In this document: positions 15,932 to 25,549 of the stretch, piece after piece
Position numbering within the stretch: the stretch's first letter is position 1
Layout of the letters: each line of letters begins with the position of its first letter
Source: an uncultured Planctomycetales bacterium
GTDB taxonomy: Bacteria > Omnitrophota > Gorgyraeia > Gygaellales > Profunditerraquicolaceae
Length of the DNA: 64,000 nt
Assembly (NCBI GenBank): GCA_964354795.1
Contig: CAYHBB010000040.1
Coordinates: forward strand, 12,593-76,592
Reading direction: 5' to 3'
Notes under the pieces: model-generated
The model's database searches: none
Told to the model about the DNA's origin: nothing
The model's input: the letters and a program-made list of their open reading frames with translations, nothing else
Made by a program: the position numbers and the translations under genes

Positions 15932-17167
15932 TTACCAAAGCCTTCCGAACGCCTTTTGCATCACAAGGCTTGCCGCGCCCAACGCCACCGCGTTCTCCCG
16001 CAACTGAGAATAAACTATTCTTAGGTCATCGGTGGTTTCGCTAAAGGCCCACTCTTTAACCGTAGCGACTACGTCTTTGAGGAAAGGCTCTCCAGCCTCC
16101 TCGAACCCGCCGCCGATGATCACTGCCTGCGGATTAAGCAGATTCACCAGATACGCGATCCTTACCCCCATCCGCGTCGCCGCTTTTTTAAGGACTGCCC
16201 TTGCCAGCGCGTCATTTGCCCGCGCCGCCATGAATATGCTTTTTAAATCCAGGGTTTCGAAAGTCGCCGACGTAAGGCTGTAGAAATCCTGCGCCTTTAT
16301 TAATTCGTGCGCCAGGGCCGCCTTCATGTCCGCGGTGATCCCAAGATCTATATCCCAGCGTTTCAGGAAACAGGGATTTCCCGCCTCGCAATTAAAGGCT
16401 TTGTCTTCTTTGTAATTGTAAACCGAAAGCTCTCCGGCATACCCCTGGGCCCCGCGGTAAACCTCACCGTTGATCATGATCCCGCAGCCCACACCCGAAA
16501 ACATATAAAGAACGTTTTTAATATTGTTATCTAAATTATGCCAGTGCTCTCCGAAACAGGCGCTGGTCGCGTCATTCTCGATAAGAGCAGGCAGATCGAA
16601 TTCCTTTTCCATCAATTCGCGCAGCGGCAGATCCAACGACTCGTAAGTATAATACCCGCCTACGCGCTGCGGCCAGTGTATGGTGCCGCTTACCTTATTG
16701 ATCAGTCCGGCGATGCCCACACCCACGCCGATGATGTCGGACGTATAATCTTTAGAGCGCCGTAGAATTTCTCTGACAATCTCTAAAAGGCAATCGCCGA
16801 TCTCTCTGACTGACGTATTTGTTCGGGCGATCTGGGTCTTGGTGACGATATTGCCTTTTAAATCCACCAGCAGGCCGACCATGTTCATCAGGTTTAAGCC
16901 TACCCCGACCACGAATCCGGCGCGCGGATTCAGATCCAGCAATACCGGCCTTCTACCGCCTTCCGAAACATCAAGCTCTTTCTCGTAAACCACATTACGC
17001 TTGATGAACTCATCGATGTAATTAGAGATGGTGACTACATTTATGCCCATCTCTTTGGAGATATCGGGACGGCTTATGGGCCCGTGCTTGCGTACGATCT
17101 CCAGTATGTCAATATTACGCCGCTCTTTCTCGGTATAGTCTTCTTTCTGTAAATCTATCTCGCGCAT
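15932..17167 (-). CDS. ROK-family transcriptional regulator / sugar kinase
   Basis: 411 aa. It has an N-terminal winged HTH (ILEIVRKHGPISRPDISKEMGINVVTISNYIDEF). The ROK core carries glycine-rich ATPase-fold motifs (GVGVGIAGLIN; GCGIMINGEVYRGAQGYAGELS). Confidence 0.85.
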   Translation of the reverse strand: MREIDLQKEDYTEKERRNIDILEIVRKHGPISRPDISKEMGINVVTISNYIDEFIKRNVVYEKELDVSEGGRRPVLLDLNPRAGFVVGVGLNLMNMVGLLVDLKGNIVTKTQIARTNTSVREIGDCLLEIVREILRRSKDYTSDIIGVGVGIAGLINKVSGTIHWPQRVGGYYTYESLDLPLRELMEKEFDLPALIENDATSACFGEHWHNLDNNIKNVLYMFSGVGCGIMINGEVYRGAQGYAGELSVYNYKEDKAFNCEAGNPCFLKRWDIDLGITADMKAALAHELIKAQDFYSLTSATFETLDLKSIFMAARANDALARAVLKKAATRMGVRIAYLVNLLNPQAVIIGGGFEEAGEPFLKDVVATVKEWAFSETTDDLRIVYSQLRENAVALGAASLVMQKAFGRLW

Positions 17168-17324
17168 CCGGCTTTTTTCAAGTCTTTCCCCGTGGCAAAT
17201 ATTCTAGGGTTTTAACGCTAAACTTTATATTTGTAACCCTGCGATGAATACAAACATATTGTGGCTTGAATTATTTATACTACTAAATACTGCGTAAGTC
17301 AAGTAAATTTACTGATTTAGGGAA

Positions 17325-18962
17325 TTAACGCACATCGACCATACTGAAATCGCGATCGATGATATCCGGGGGAGAGATAAGGACTATGAAGACCTCTTTT
17401 GTTCCAGGTTCGCTGTAGGTAGTCTTAAATCCGACCTTATCCAGGCCAGGCTTAGTCGAGCCGGTATTGCCTGACCAATGATATTCCATGATCACCTGCA
17501 TGCATCCGGCAGTGTAAGATACGGCGCTGGATGAAATATCCACTTCTTCTTCTACCTTTACCTTTGAGGGCCCGTAGCGCAGGCCCACCTTGGTCATATC
17601 AAAACGGTTGTTCTCCGGCTTAAGAGAAGCATCAAGAAAAGTCTTGAGATTTAATTCAATGGGCAAATTTCCGCTAAGCTCCTGCTGACGGGCATTGACC
17701 AAAGCAATAGTCTCCTTGTAAAGTCCCGCGGCAAGAGTCAGAGCTTTTGCGTAATAGTCTTTTGCCTTTGCCGATTCCTCCTGCCACTGGCTCAACAATC
17801 CCAACTGGTACATCGCCGAGATCACCTGAGGCGATACAATTTCTTTATTGGCCAGCTTCTGGAAATATTCTTTTGCCCCTTCTTTATCGCGCAGGGCATA
17901 AGCGCTGATCAAGCCGATCTTATACAATGCTTCATCAGCATGCGGAGTCTGGGGGAAACGCTTGAGCAACTCGATATACATTTCACGAGCCTGTTTCCAA
18001 AGCTTGCCTTTTTCAAGATTCCAGGCGCGTATATACAACAACTCTTCATCAAATGCCTGCGGGCCTGCGGCAGCCTCAAGCTTCGCGAACATCTTCTCGG
18101 CATATTCCGAATCGCTCATGGAAGTATCATTATAGCTAAAAGACTTGGCAATATTTTTTAAAACCGAAGCCAATGCCTCTTTGTTTCCCTCTTTGTTTAA
18201 CCGCTGGACATAGGCGTCGTACACTTCTTCGGATAAATCCAGGTTGCCCTCTTTATAGAAGCCATCCGCGAGTTTCGCAAGGTCTTCGTTTTTAACCTCG
18301 CCTCCGGTCACTCTGCTGATATAGATACGGTAAAGCTCTCTTGCCCGGGCCTTTTCTCCGGAGGCAAGCAATTTATCGGCGGACAACTTTACCGGCTCTA
18401 GATCCAAGGCACTTTTGGCGTATTCGGTGGTTGACTGCATCAACGCAATAAGCGCATCCATACTGGAGACATCCTCCTGCGCGCTGTAATACTGCCACAA
18501 AAGCAGGCGGGAATAAATGTGCACCGGGTCATAGACCGCGGTAGCCTTGACCGCGGCAAAGGCATTAGCCGTTAATTCCTCGCGGTACGCGCTTCCCTGA
18601 TTAAAATACTCATCCCAAGCCTGGCTTTTTTCAAGGTAGGCCAACTGATAATACCGGGTGAGCGCGGCATAATAATGTAACGGCGCGGCAGCCAGCTGCT
18701 TCTTGGCCAGCAGTGACTTCAAAAAATCCGCTATCTCGTTATACTTACCTTCGCAACAGCAGCAATCCGCAAGATCATTAAACCTTTTAGTTATATCGGT
18801 AACCGGCTTTGTCTCGGCAATATCGGTCTTTAAAACTACGTCGCATTTGGACTGGGGGTCCTGATTGCATTTTTTGTCGCAAGGTAAATTCTGAGCAAAA
18901 CAAAAACTCAACATAAAAAACATGGCCGCAAAACAGACAAAAGTTTTCAGTATGTAATTCAT
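17325..18962 (-). CDS. secreted TPR-repeat protein with Cys-rich N-terminal region
   Basis: 545 aa with a signal peptide. The N-terminal ~60 aa contain 10 Cys, including CCCCEGKY. The remainder is TPR-like helical repeats (many AxxYYxxA/LxxL patterns). The stop overlaps the start of the downstream glycosidase. Confidence 0.55.
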   Translation of the reverse strand: MNYILKTFVCFAAMFFMLSFCFAQNLPCDKKCNQDPQSKCDVVLKTDIAETKPVTDITKRFNDLADCCCCEGKYNEIADFLKSLLAKKQLAAAPLHYYAALTRYYQLAYLEKSQAWDEYFNQGSAYREELTANAFAAVKATAVYDPVHIYSRLLLWQYYSAQEDVSSMDALIALMQSTTEYAKSALDLEPVKLSADKLLASGEKARARELYRIYISRVTGGEVKNEDLAKLADGFYKEGNLDLSEEVYDAYVQRLNKEGNKEALASVLKNIAKSFSYNDTSMSDSEYAEKMFAKLEAAAGPQAFDEELLYIRAWNLEKGKLWKQAREMYIELLKRFPQTPHADEALYKIGLISAYALRDKEGAKEYFQKLANKEIVSPQVISAMYQLGLLSQWQEESAKAKDYYAKALTLAAGLYKETIALVNARQQELSGNLPIELNLKTFLDASLKPENNRFDMTKVGLRYGPSKVKVEEEVDISSSAVSYTAGCMQVIMEYHWSGNTGSTKPGLDKVGFKTTYSEPGTKEVFIVLISPPDIIDRDFSMVDVR

Positions 18963-20254
18963 TTTTTATTCTTCTTAGGCAACGCGACGTTGGGATTCTT
19001 CCAGAACTCGCGCACCACGTAATAGGCCTTGCGCGGGATACGCTGGTTCAGGCCGCTTTCCAGGTTTTCGGAGATGGCTACAATCCCAAACCACTCCTCG
19101 TTCATATTTTTGTTGCCTTCGGCATCAATATCAAAATAATAGCTGCCGTTGGACCAGTTGCTCTCGGTGTCATGCACCTTCCAACCCTCTTCATAGTCCT
19201 GGTTGTGCTTCCACCACTCATCAGTCCACTCGAAACTAGTGCCGCCAATACAGTTGCCAGAACCCTTAGGGTTATTAGCCAGATTCTCGTAAATCTGGCG
19301 CCACTGCGATTCCAAAAAATAAGCCTGCATATTCTGGTCTTCTTTTTTTAATTTTGCGTCATAGCAGTCCGCTCCAAACTCCGCGATCATGATCGGCCGG
19401 TCAAAGGTCGCTCTCAACGAGCGGAAAAGATTACCGAAAGTCTTACCTCTATATATGATGCAGGCTACCAAGTCCACATCCTGGCAGTATTTATTGGCGT
19501 AATCCAGGCCGGCCAGCTCTCCGTTACCAAGAGCCACCGGACGGCTTAAGTCGATTTTATGGATTTCTTTTGAAATATCATTGATATAGGAATAATAAAT
19601 GCAGGAGCGGATATCTTTTTTCTTAACCGGGTCTGTTTCTTTATCCACTTCTTCACTTGACCATGGGTTCACCCGGCCAAGGCAGGAATAATTATTCTCA
19701 TTTCCCAGTATCCAAAGTAGGACCCCGGGCTCATCCTTATACTCTTTCACCATATCCAGAACATCTTTTTTAATCCTATCCTGGAATTCTTTATCTCCGT
19801 AAAAGGGGCACGGATATTCCCAAAAACCCAGCCAGTGCCCGAGGATGGTGCGGATGCCGTAATTATTATACAAGTCCCTGATTACCTGATGTACCTCTTC
19901 TTTATTCTCATGCGCTTGATAAAGACGGATTGTATTGATGCCCATTTCCTTCATCAGTTTGCCATCGACCATCCAGGGCTTAGCCGGGTCGCTCCACCAG
20001 TCATACTCGTGGTTTGTGCCGATAGTGATGGGGTTATAGCAGACACCCTTAATAAGATAAGGCTTATTGTCCACCATAAGCTGGTAGTGGTTGTTCTTGA
20101 GCTTCTTAATAAACACTTTGGGCTTTGGGCGCAAAACCATGCCCATAACCAGGGCAAGGCTTGCGGAAAATAACACGCAAGCCGCAAGGAAGATTACCTT
20201 GCGGCTTGTGTGCTTTACTTTTGAGCTTGAGCTATTATTCGTACTTGATCTCAT
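18959..20254 (-). CDS. membrane-anchored clan GH-A (TIM-barrel) glycoside hydrolase
   Basis: 431 aa with an N-terminal signal-anchor TM. The catalytic domain carries the clan GH-A acid/base strand-4 motif WILGNENNY and GINTIRLY near strand 1. It is a paralog of the C-terminal domain of the 21493..23802 product. Confidence 0.6.
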   Translation of the reverse strand: MRSSTNNSSSSKVKHTSRKVIFLAACVLFSASLALVMGMVLRPKPKVFIKKLKNNHYQLMVDNKPYLIKGVCYNPITIGTNHEYDWWSDPAKPWMVDGKLMKEMGINTIRLYQAHENKEEVHQVIRDLYNNYGIRTILGHWLGFWEYPCPFYGDKEFQDRIKKDVLDMVKEYKDEPGVLLWILGNENNYSCLGRVNPWSSEEVDKETDPVKKKDIRSCIYYSYINDISKEIHKIDLSRPVALGNGELAGLDYANKYCQDVDLVACIIYRGKTFGNLFRSLRATFDRPIMIAEFGADCYDAKLKKEDQNMQAYFLESQWRQIYENLANNPKGSGNCIGGTSFEWTDEWWKHNQDYEEGWKVHDTESNWSNGSYYFDIDAEGNKNMNEEWFGIVAISENLESGLNQRIPRKAYYVVREFWKNPNVALPKKNKK

Positions 20255-21446
20255 CCAGATAGAACGTTATGCCGCCGTTTTCATCCAGCGCTTCGGGAGC
20301 CTGCGATTCCATGTTGGTGGACCAACAGAAACCTCCGAAAACGTAGGACATATCTTTGCCGGCTAAGTCAATAGTATACTGCTTCCATTCCTTGGTCAGG
20401 ATCGCCGGCCCGATCTCAGCCGCGTCTGAATCCGCGAACTCTTTGATCAAACCGCCCACCTTAAAGGTCTGGATGTTTTCTCCACCCTTAACCCCGCGCG
20501 CCCAGAAAGTCACCTTGGTCGCATTGGAAAGATCGTAACCACCGTCGACATCGCCCCAGTTGTTCGCAGGGTTCTGCCAGTAGATACCGGCCCAGCCGTT
20601 TCCGGAGTTGTCTTTGTAGGAGACCTTGATGCAGGTCTCGCCTGACTGCGGCTCATCCTTGGACCTTGCGTCAAACTTTATATCTTTTCCCGTCTCTGCT
20701 CCGGGCATCCATCCGGAAGGAATAAAGTGATTTCCAACCGAGCGGCTGTCAGAATAAACAAAGAAAGGCATGGCCTCCTGCTTCTTACCTTCCGGCTTCA
20801 TGGAGCTATCCGCCTCAAACTTTACGTCGTCAATATAGAAAGTTGCTCCGTCAGGATTCAGGTCCGAATTCATGACCCAGGCGAAACCGCCGCTGACGTA
20901 AGACATGTCTTTGCCGGACAGATTTACCGTATACTGCTTCCACTCACTTGTAAGCTCAATAGGGCCCATCTCAACGCTCAGTGAATCCGGATAGGGCTTT
21001 TTGTCGTCAATACCAATACCACCTATCTTTGCCTTGTCGATGACCTCTCCACCCTTGGCACCGCGCGCCCAAAAGGTAAGCTTGGTCATACCGGTCAGGT
21101 CAAAACCACCCTTCTTGGTGCCCCAGTTCTGAGCGGGATTCTGCCAGTAAACACCAGCCCAGCCTTTGCCTTGAGTCTTTTTAGCAGAATACGTAAACTC
21201 AATGCTGGTGGTACCCGAATGAGGATTATTAGCGCACTGCTCATTCATTTTGATATCGCCAAAATCTCCCATCCAGCCCGAAGGAATATAGTGGTTACCC
21301 TTGGCGTTCTTATCAGCGTAAACCACAAACTCCTTTGCCCCTGACGCACCTGCTGTTTCACTTGAGCCAGCTGCCCGTTCCTGTGCCCTTGCCACCATCG
21401 GCAACGCCAGAACCAATGCTGCCACTACTGCCAATAACTTCTTCAT
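20235..21446 (-). CDS. secreted protein with two tandem ~180-aa beta-sandwich repeats (putative carbohydrate-binding modules)
   Basis: 403 aa with a signal peptide. There is an internal duplication: NHYIPSGWMGD...GWAGVYWQNPAQNWG...KLTFWARGAKGGE versus NHFIPSGWMPG...GWAGIYWQNPANNWG...KVTFWARGVKGGE. The aromatic-rich composition is typical of CBMs. It lies between the two glycosidases. Confidence 0.45.
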   Translation of the reverse strand: MKKLLAVVAALVLALPMVARAQERAAGSSETAGASGAKEFVVYADKNAKGNHYIPSGWMGDFGDIKMNEQCANNPHSGTTSIEFTYSAKKTQGKGWAGVYWQNPAQNWGTKKGGFDLTGMTKLTFWARGAKGGEVIDKAKIGGIGIDDKKPYPDSLSVEMGPIELTSEWKQYTVNLSGKDMSYVSGGFAWVMNSDLNPDGATFYIDDVKFEADSSMKPEGKKQEAMPFFVYSDSRSVGNHFIPSGWMPGAETGKDIKFDARSKDEPQSGETCIKVSYKDNSGNGWAGIYWQNPANNWGDVDGGYDLSNATKVTFWARGVKGGENIQTFKVGGLIKEFADSDAAEIGPAILTKEWKQYTIDLAGKDMSYVFGGFCWSTNMESQAPEALDENGGITFYLDEIKYE

Positions 21447-21492
21447 TGCAACTTCTCCTTTCCTTTATACACCTACTACTCTTTTTTTTATT

Positions 21493-23802
21493 TTATTTCC
21501 TATTCCAGGCCTTCTTGTACATGTAGTATGACTTGCGCAGCTGCCGCAGGAACGGGCTTATTGTCCCGTCCCCCTGGCCGGCTAAACCAAGCCACTCTTC
21601 ATGCATGTAGCCATCCGGAAAAGGCCCGGCCCACAGGCCCTTAGTGTCATGGATCTTCGGCTCATACGCCTTCCACCACTCATCCAGATATTCAAAAGCG
21701 ATCCCGCCGACTGAGTTGCCCGCTCCGCCGTGGAACGCCATATTATGCTCAATATCCTCCCAGGAGCCGCGGTGAAACTGCGCCTGCAAATCTTCGACCT
21801 GCTCAGCAGTTTTCCCTTCGGCATATGCCGGGCACCCATACTCAGTGATAAACGCTGGCCTATCCGCCTCTTCCTTGACACTTTGCCATAAACGGCCGAA
21901 GCCGTAATCCCCGCGATAAGCGTTTGTCCCGAACATATCCACATCAGGAGCGTTCTTGCCGAATTTATCCAGGAATAAAACATCCCCACTGCAGACCGCC
22001 ACCGGATGCTCTGGGTCTATAGACTTGATGACCTTAGCCACCTCATTGACGAAAGCGAAATAGGCATCCGGCTTTTTGTCGGCGTTGCAGGCGTAGCCGT
22101 ATACATTCTCATTTCCCAGAAGCCAGAACAGAATAAACGGCTCATCCTTATATTCATTGATCATAGAAGTGACAGACTCGATCATCTTTTTCTTTTGTTC
22201 TTCATTCTCATAATCCGTGCCCGGGTTCCATGCCGCACCTGACCCAAGCGCGTATTTACCAAGAAAATCCCCCATGATCACCCGTATGCCGTATTTTTTA
22301 TACATTTGGCGAAGAAGCTCTTTGCTCACTTTTTGCGGATGATGATACACGCGGATAGAGTTGACACCCATCTCTCTCATCAGCCTGAAATCTCCCACTG
22401 ACGGCTCATTGGCATCCTGCTTATTATTTTTATTTTTATCCACAAAGGCGTCATACGGCCCGTCGATTTTTCCGTTCTTATTAAAATCGTCATACATCCA
22501 ATCGGTAAGCGTCCCCTCATCCGGAGACTGCCCGACTTTTGTGGGAGCGTAAGTCACCGCCCTGATCACAAAAGGCTTATTGTTCACTATCATCTGCCAA
22601 TCGCCTGTCTCATACTGGATCAAATGCACCTTGCCGTGCCCCAAGCGCTTCTTTATGCTTAAAAACTCCGTAGCCTGTTTAGGCTTTAGTTTATCCCAAA
22701 GAGTAGGCTTGCCCATCTTGACGAACTTTCCCGGGCTGGCGATCACCACGTCATTAGAGACATCATTATCAAAACCATTGACCACCTTGATATCCGCATC
22801 CTGCAGCTTAAGCCCTAGCTGCGGATTGCGGCGTAAAAGGGAATTTATTTTAGCCAAAGCCGCCTGCCCCACATACCAGGGAGTATGCCAGTAGGTCCAG
22901 CCGTAACTGGCCGGATAATGTACCACTATGGCGTAATAACATTTAATAGCATGTTTGAGCAAACCGGCTTTTTCCAGCACAAGGCCGGTATAAAACATCC
23001 TTACTCCCGGGGGCTCTGCCGCGGTAGCCCATTTTAAAAACGCCGCTTCTAGATCCGGGGACTGCGAAAAATCCCAATGCGTTCCCTCAAGCCGTTTTTC
23101 TTTCACCGCTTTTTTAAATTCAGGATCCTGGCGGATAGATGAAGTATTAGGATAGATCCCTTCCCCGACAGCAGCGATCAAACCGGCCTGGTCCTTGATC
23201 AGATACTCGTAATCCTTGGTACCGGCATTCTTGAACTCGCCGTACTTCTCGTAATTGACCACATCTTCTTTGCCGGGATCGAATAAAACGACTTTTGTCG
23301 GAAGCTGGCTGACTTTCTTCTTCTGCTGCTCCAGCTCATTAGTGCCGGTCTCAAGCTTCTGTATGCTCTGCTTGGAAGCCTCAGCTATCTTCCAGTACCA
23401 TCCGCGGGGATCCCATGCCTGGGCATAAGGATATTTATCGATGATCAGTAAAAAGAGTTTTTTAGCATCTTCAACCTTCTGCTGGCGCATATAAGACTCT
23501 GCCTGGATAAAATACGCGGTAGCCACATCATTAAGCACGGTCACCGCCTCTATTTCATCCTTACCCTTAGGGATGCCGGTAAGTATTGCCTGCTGCTTAT
23601 CCGCCTCATCCTTATAAAGATCGATGCACTCTTGTGTATATTTAAAAGTTTCTTCGACATCGCCCTTGCCGTGCACAGTCCAGGCCTTGACTACCAATTC
23701 TCCGGAAGAAGGCTTTTGTACAACAGGCTCAGCCTCCTGGGCATAAGAAACCCTCAAAGCACAAACCGCAAAGATTAAAATCAATAATCTGGCGACTTTC
23801 AT
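21493..23802 (-). CDS. secreted TPR-like + clan GH-A glycoside hydrolase fusion
   Basis: 769 aa with a signal peptide. It has an N-terminal helical/TPR-like half and a C-terminal catalytic domain (GVNSIRVYHH...; WLLGNENVYGYA) paralogous to the 18959..20254 product. The stop overlaps the ABC permease start by 1 nt. Confidence 0.6.
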   Translation of the reverse strand: MKVARLLILIFAVCALRVSYAQEAEPVVQKPSSGELVVKAWTVHGKGDVEETFKYTQECIDLYKDEADKQQAILTGIPKGKDEIEAVTVLNDVATAYFIQAESYMRQQKVEDAKKLFLLIIDKYPYAQAWDPRGWYWKIAEASKQSIQKLETGTNELEQQKKKVSQLPTKVVLFDPGKEDVVNYEKYGEFKNAGTKDYEYLIKDQAGLIAAVGEGIYPNTSSIRQDPEFKKAVKEKRLEGTHWDFSQSPDLEAAFLKWATAAEPPGVRMFYTGLVLEKAGLLKHAIKCYYAIVVHYPASYGWTYWHTPWYVGQAALAKINSLLRRNPQLGLKLQDADIKVVNGFDNDVSNDVVIASPGKFVKMGKPTLWDKLKPKQATEFLSIKKRLGHGKVHLIQYETGDWQMIVNNKPFVIRAVTYAPTKVGQSPDEGTLTDWMYDDFNKNGKIDGPYDAFVDKNKNNKQDANEPSVGDFRLMREMGVNSIRVYHHPQKVSKELLRQMYKKYGIRVIMGDFLGKYALGSGAAWNPGTDYENEEQKKKMIESVTSMINEYKDEPFILFWLLGNENVYGYACNADKKPDAYFAFVNEVAKVIKSIDPEHPVAVCSGDVLFLDKFGKNAPDVDMFGTNAYRGDYGFGRLWQSVKEEADRPAFITEYGCPAYAEGKTAEQVEDLQAQFHRGSWEDIEHNMAFHGGAGNSVGGIAFEYLDEWWKAYEPKIHDTKGLWAGPFPDGYMHEEWLGLAGQGDGTISPFLRQLRKSYYMYKKAWNRK

Positions 23803-24656
23803 TATCCTACAATAGCTCCCTGAGTGACACCCTTGATAATATATTTCTGCATCAGAACATAAACTACAATAATAGGTAAGGCGGCGATAGTAAGTCCAGC
23901 CATGAGCAGCGGATAATTGGTCACGAATTCACCCTGAAATACCTGCAGAGCCACCTGAAGAGGCATAAAACTTTTGGAATCAAAGATGATCAAAGCTAAA
24001 ACGTACTCATTCCACACCGCAAGTGCGTTGAAAACTACCACTACTGCCAACACCGGCTTAGCCAGCGGCAAAGCCACGTGCCACCAGATACCCAGCTTTG
24101 AACAGCCGTCAATACGCGCGGCGTCCTCAAGCTCCTTAGGCATTTTATCAAAGAAAGTCTTGAGCATGAATATGCTAGTGGATAAGCCGACGTTGATCAT
24201 TGCCAGAATGTAACCAATAGGGGTATTACGCAGATGCAGCTTGTTCAATAAAACATAAAGCGCCACAAAACTTCCCGGAATCGGTATCATCATCGCGGCC
24301 ATGAACATCACAAATAAAATGTTTTTCCCCGGAAACTTAAGACGGGAGAATGCGTATGCCGCCATAGAAGAGATGATCACTATACCGCAAACTACCGTCA
24401 CCGTGTAGATGATACTGTTCAAAAAATACCGGCCGAATCCGCCCTCGACCCAAGCCTGATAATAATTGGCAAAGTTAAAGTGCGTCGGGATCAATGACGC
24501 GTCTTTAAAAATCGTATCCTGAGTTTTAAAGCTGGCAGCGATCATCCAAAGCAAAGGATACACGCAGGTCACTGCCACAGCCAGCAAAAATAAATGTATC
24601 AGCACATTAATGGTGGTCTTCTTGGTCTTATAGTACATAACGGCTTTTGGCTGCAT
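23802..24656 (-). CDS. carbohydrate ABC transporter permease (MalG/UgpE-like)
   Basis: 284 aa with six predicted TM helices. It has the EAA-loop region (ELEDAARIDGCSKLGIWWHVALPLAKP) typical of binding-protein-dependent transport permeases. Confidence 0.85.
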   Translation of the reverse strand: MQPKAVMYYKTKKTTINVLIHLFLLAVAVTCVYPLLWMIAASFKTQDTIFKDASLIPTHFNFANYYQAWVEGGFGRYFLNSIIYTVTVVCGIVIISSMAAYAFSRLKFPGKNILFVMFMAAMMIPIPGSFVALYVLLNKLHLRNTPIGYILAMINVGLSTSIFMLKTFFDKMPKELEDAARIDGCSKLGIWWHVALPLAKPVLAVVVVFNALAVWNEYVLALIIFDSKSFMPLQVALQVFQGEFVTNYPLLMAGLTIAALPIIVVYVLMQKYIIKGVTQGAIVG

Positions 24657-24659
24657 ACT

Positions 24660-25547
24660 TTATTGCCTGGCTTTCTTTGAGAAACGGTATTGGATAAATG
24701 AGATGGCCACCAGGATCACGCCGAAACTGATACCTTGAGCGCAGGCGTAGCCAAAACGCGATGACCCGCGCATTGAAGCAAGTATTCTTAACACCGGAAC
24801 CGAGGTGTGGCCGGCGAATTCTCCGCCGACAAGGCCGATTATCAAGACGAATATCTGCATAGTCCCCAGTACCGTAAGTATCGCCACCAGCACGATGACC
24901 GGGACCATCAAAGGAATAGTCACATTCTTAAAAGACTGCCAGGCATTGGCTCCGTCCACACGAGCCGCTTCGTATAATTCACGCGGTATGGTCTGCAGTC
25001 CGGCAAGAAAGATCAGAAATCCCCAACCAAAACCTTTCCAGCAATGTACCAATGCAACGGTAGTCAGCGCGGTATTCGGGTCATTGAGCCAGCTGTGCAC
25101 CAAATTCGGCAGGCCGATACCTGTCAGCATGCGGTTGATCATATTGGCGCCTTCTACGTCGTTAATAATGAAGCGCCAGACCATGCCCACCACGATCTCG
25201 GATAATACCGGTGGGATAAAAAATATCACCCGATAGAAATTCTTCATGCGGATCTCGCGGTCACATGCCAAAGCCAGCATAAAAGCAAAAGCATTCTGCA
25301 AGGTCAGCGCGATAACCGTGATCCAGGTGGCGTTAAACATCGACTGCCACCAGCTTCTATCCTGCAATAAAATCTCTTTGAAATTATTGATCCCGACGAA
25401 CTGGGCCATGCCGAGCGGAACGATCCCGTCCCAGTCATAAAAACCCAGCTTAAAGACATAAATAAAAGGAATAATATAAAAAACAGAAAAAATCAAAACC
25501 GCGGGGAGGACAAAAACGTAATTCTCTAAAGTCGACTTGATGCGCAT
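24660..25547 (-). CDS. carbohydrate ABC transporter permease (MalF/UgpA-like)
   Basis: 295 aa polytopic membrane protein. It has the EAA motif (LYEAARVDGANAWQSFKNVTIPLM). It lies between the substrate-binding protein and the second permease. Confidence 0.85.
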   Translation of the reverse strand: MRIKSTLENYVFVLPAVLIFSVFYIIPFIYVFKLGFYDWDGIVPLGMAQFVGINNFKEILLQDRSWWQSMFNATWITVIALTLQNAFAFMLALACDREIRMKNFYRVIFFIPPVLSEIVVGMVWRFIINDVEGANMINRMLTGIGLPNLVHSWLNDPNTALTTVALVHCWKGFGWGFLIFLAGLQTIPRELYEAARVDGANAWQSFKNVTIPLMVPVIVLVAILTVLGTMQIFVLIIGLVGGEFAGHTSVPVLRILASMRGSSRFGYACAQGISFGVILVAISFIQYRFSKKARQ

Positions 25548-25549
25548 GG

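Noticed and set aside
17909-18103. Small minus-strand ORF (64 aa) inside the TPR gene, and similar internal ORFs (21582..21989, 26125..26343, 26452..26661, 54030..54212)
   Set aside because: They lie out of frame inside longer, well-supported genes and are Arg/Ser/Cys-rich with no signals.
21447-21492. T-rich run ctcttttttttattttatttcc as an intrinsic terminator
   Set aside because: The T-run is on the plus strand while all flanking genes are transcribed on the minus strand (poly-A on that RNA). No preceding GC hairpin.
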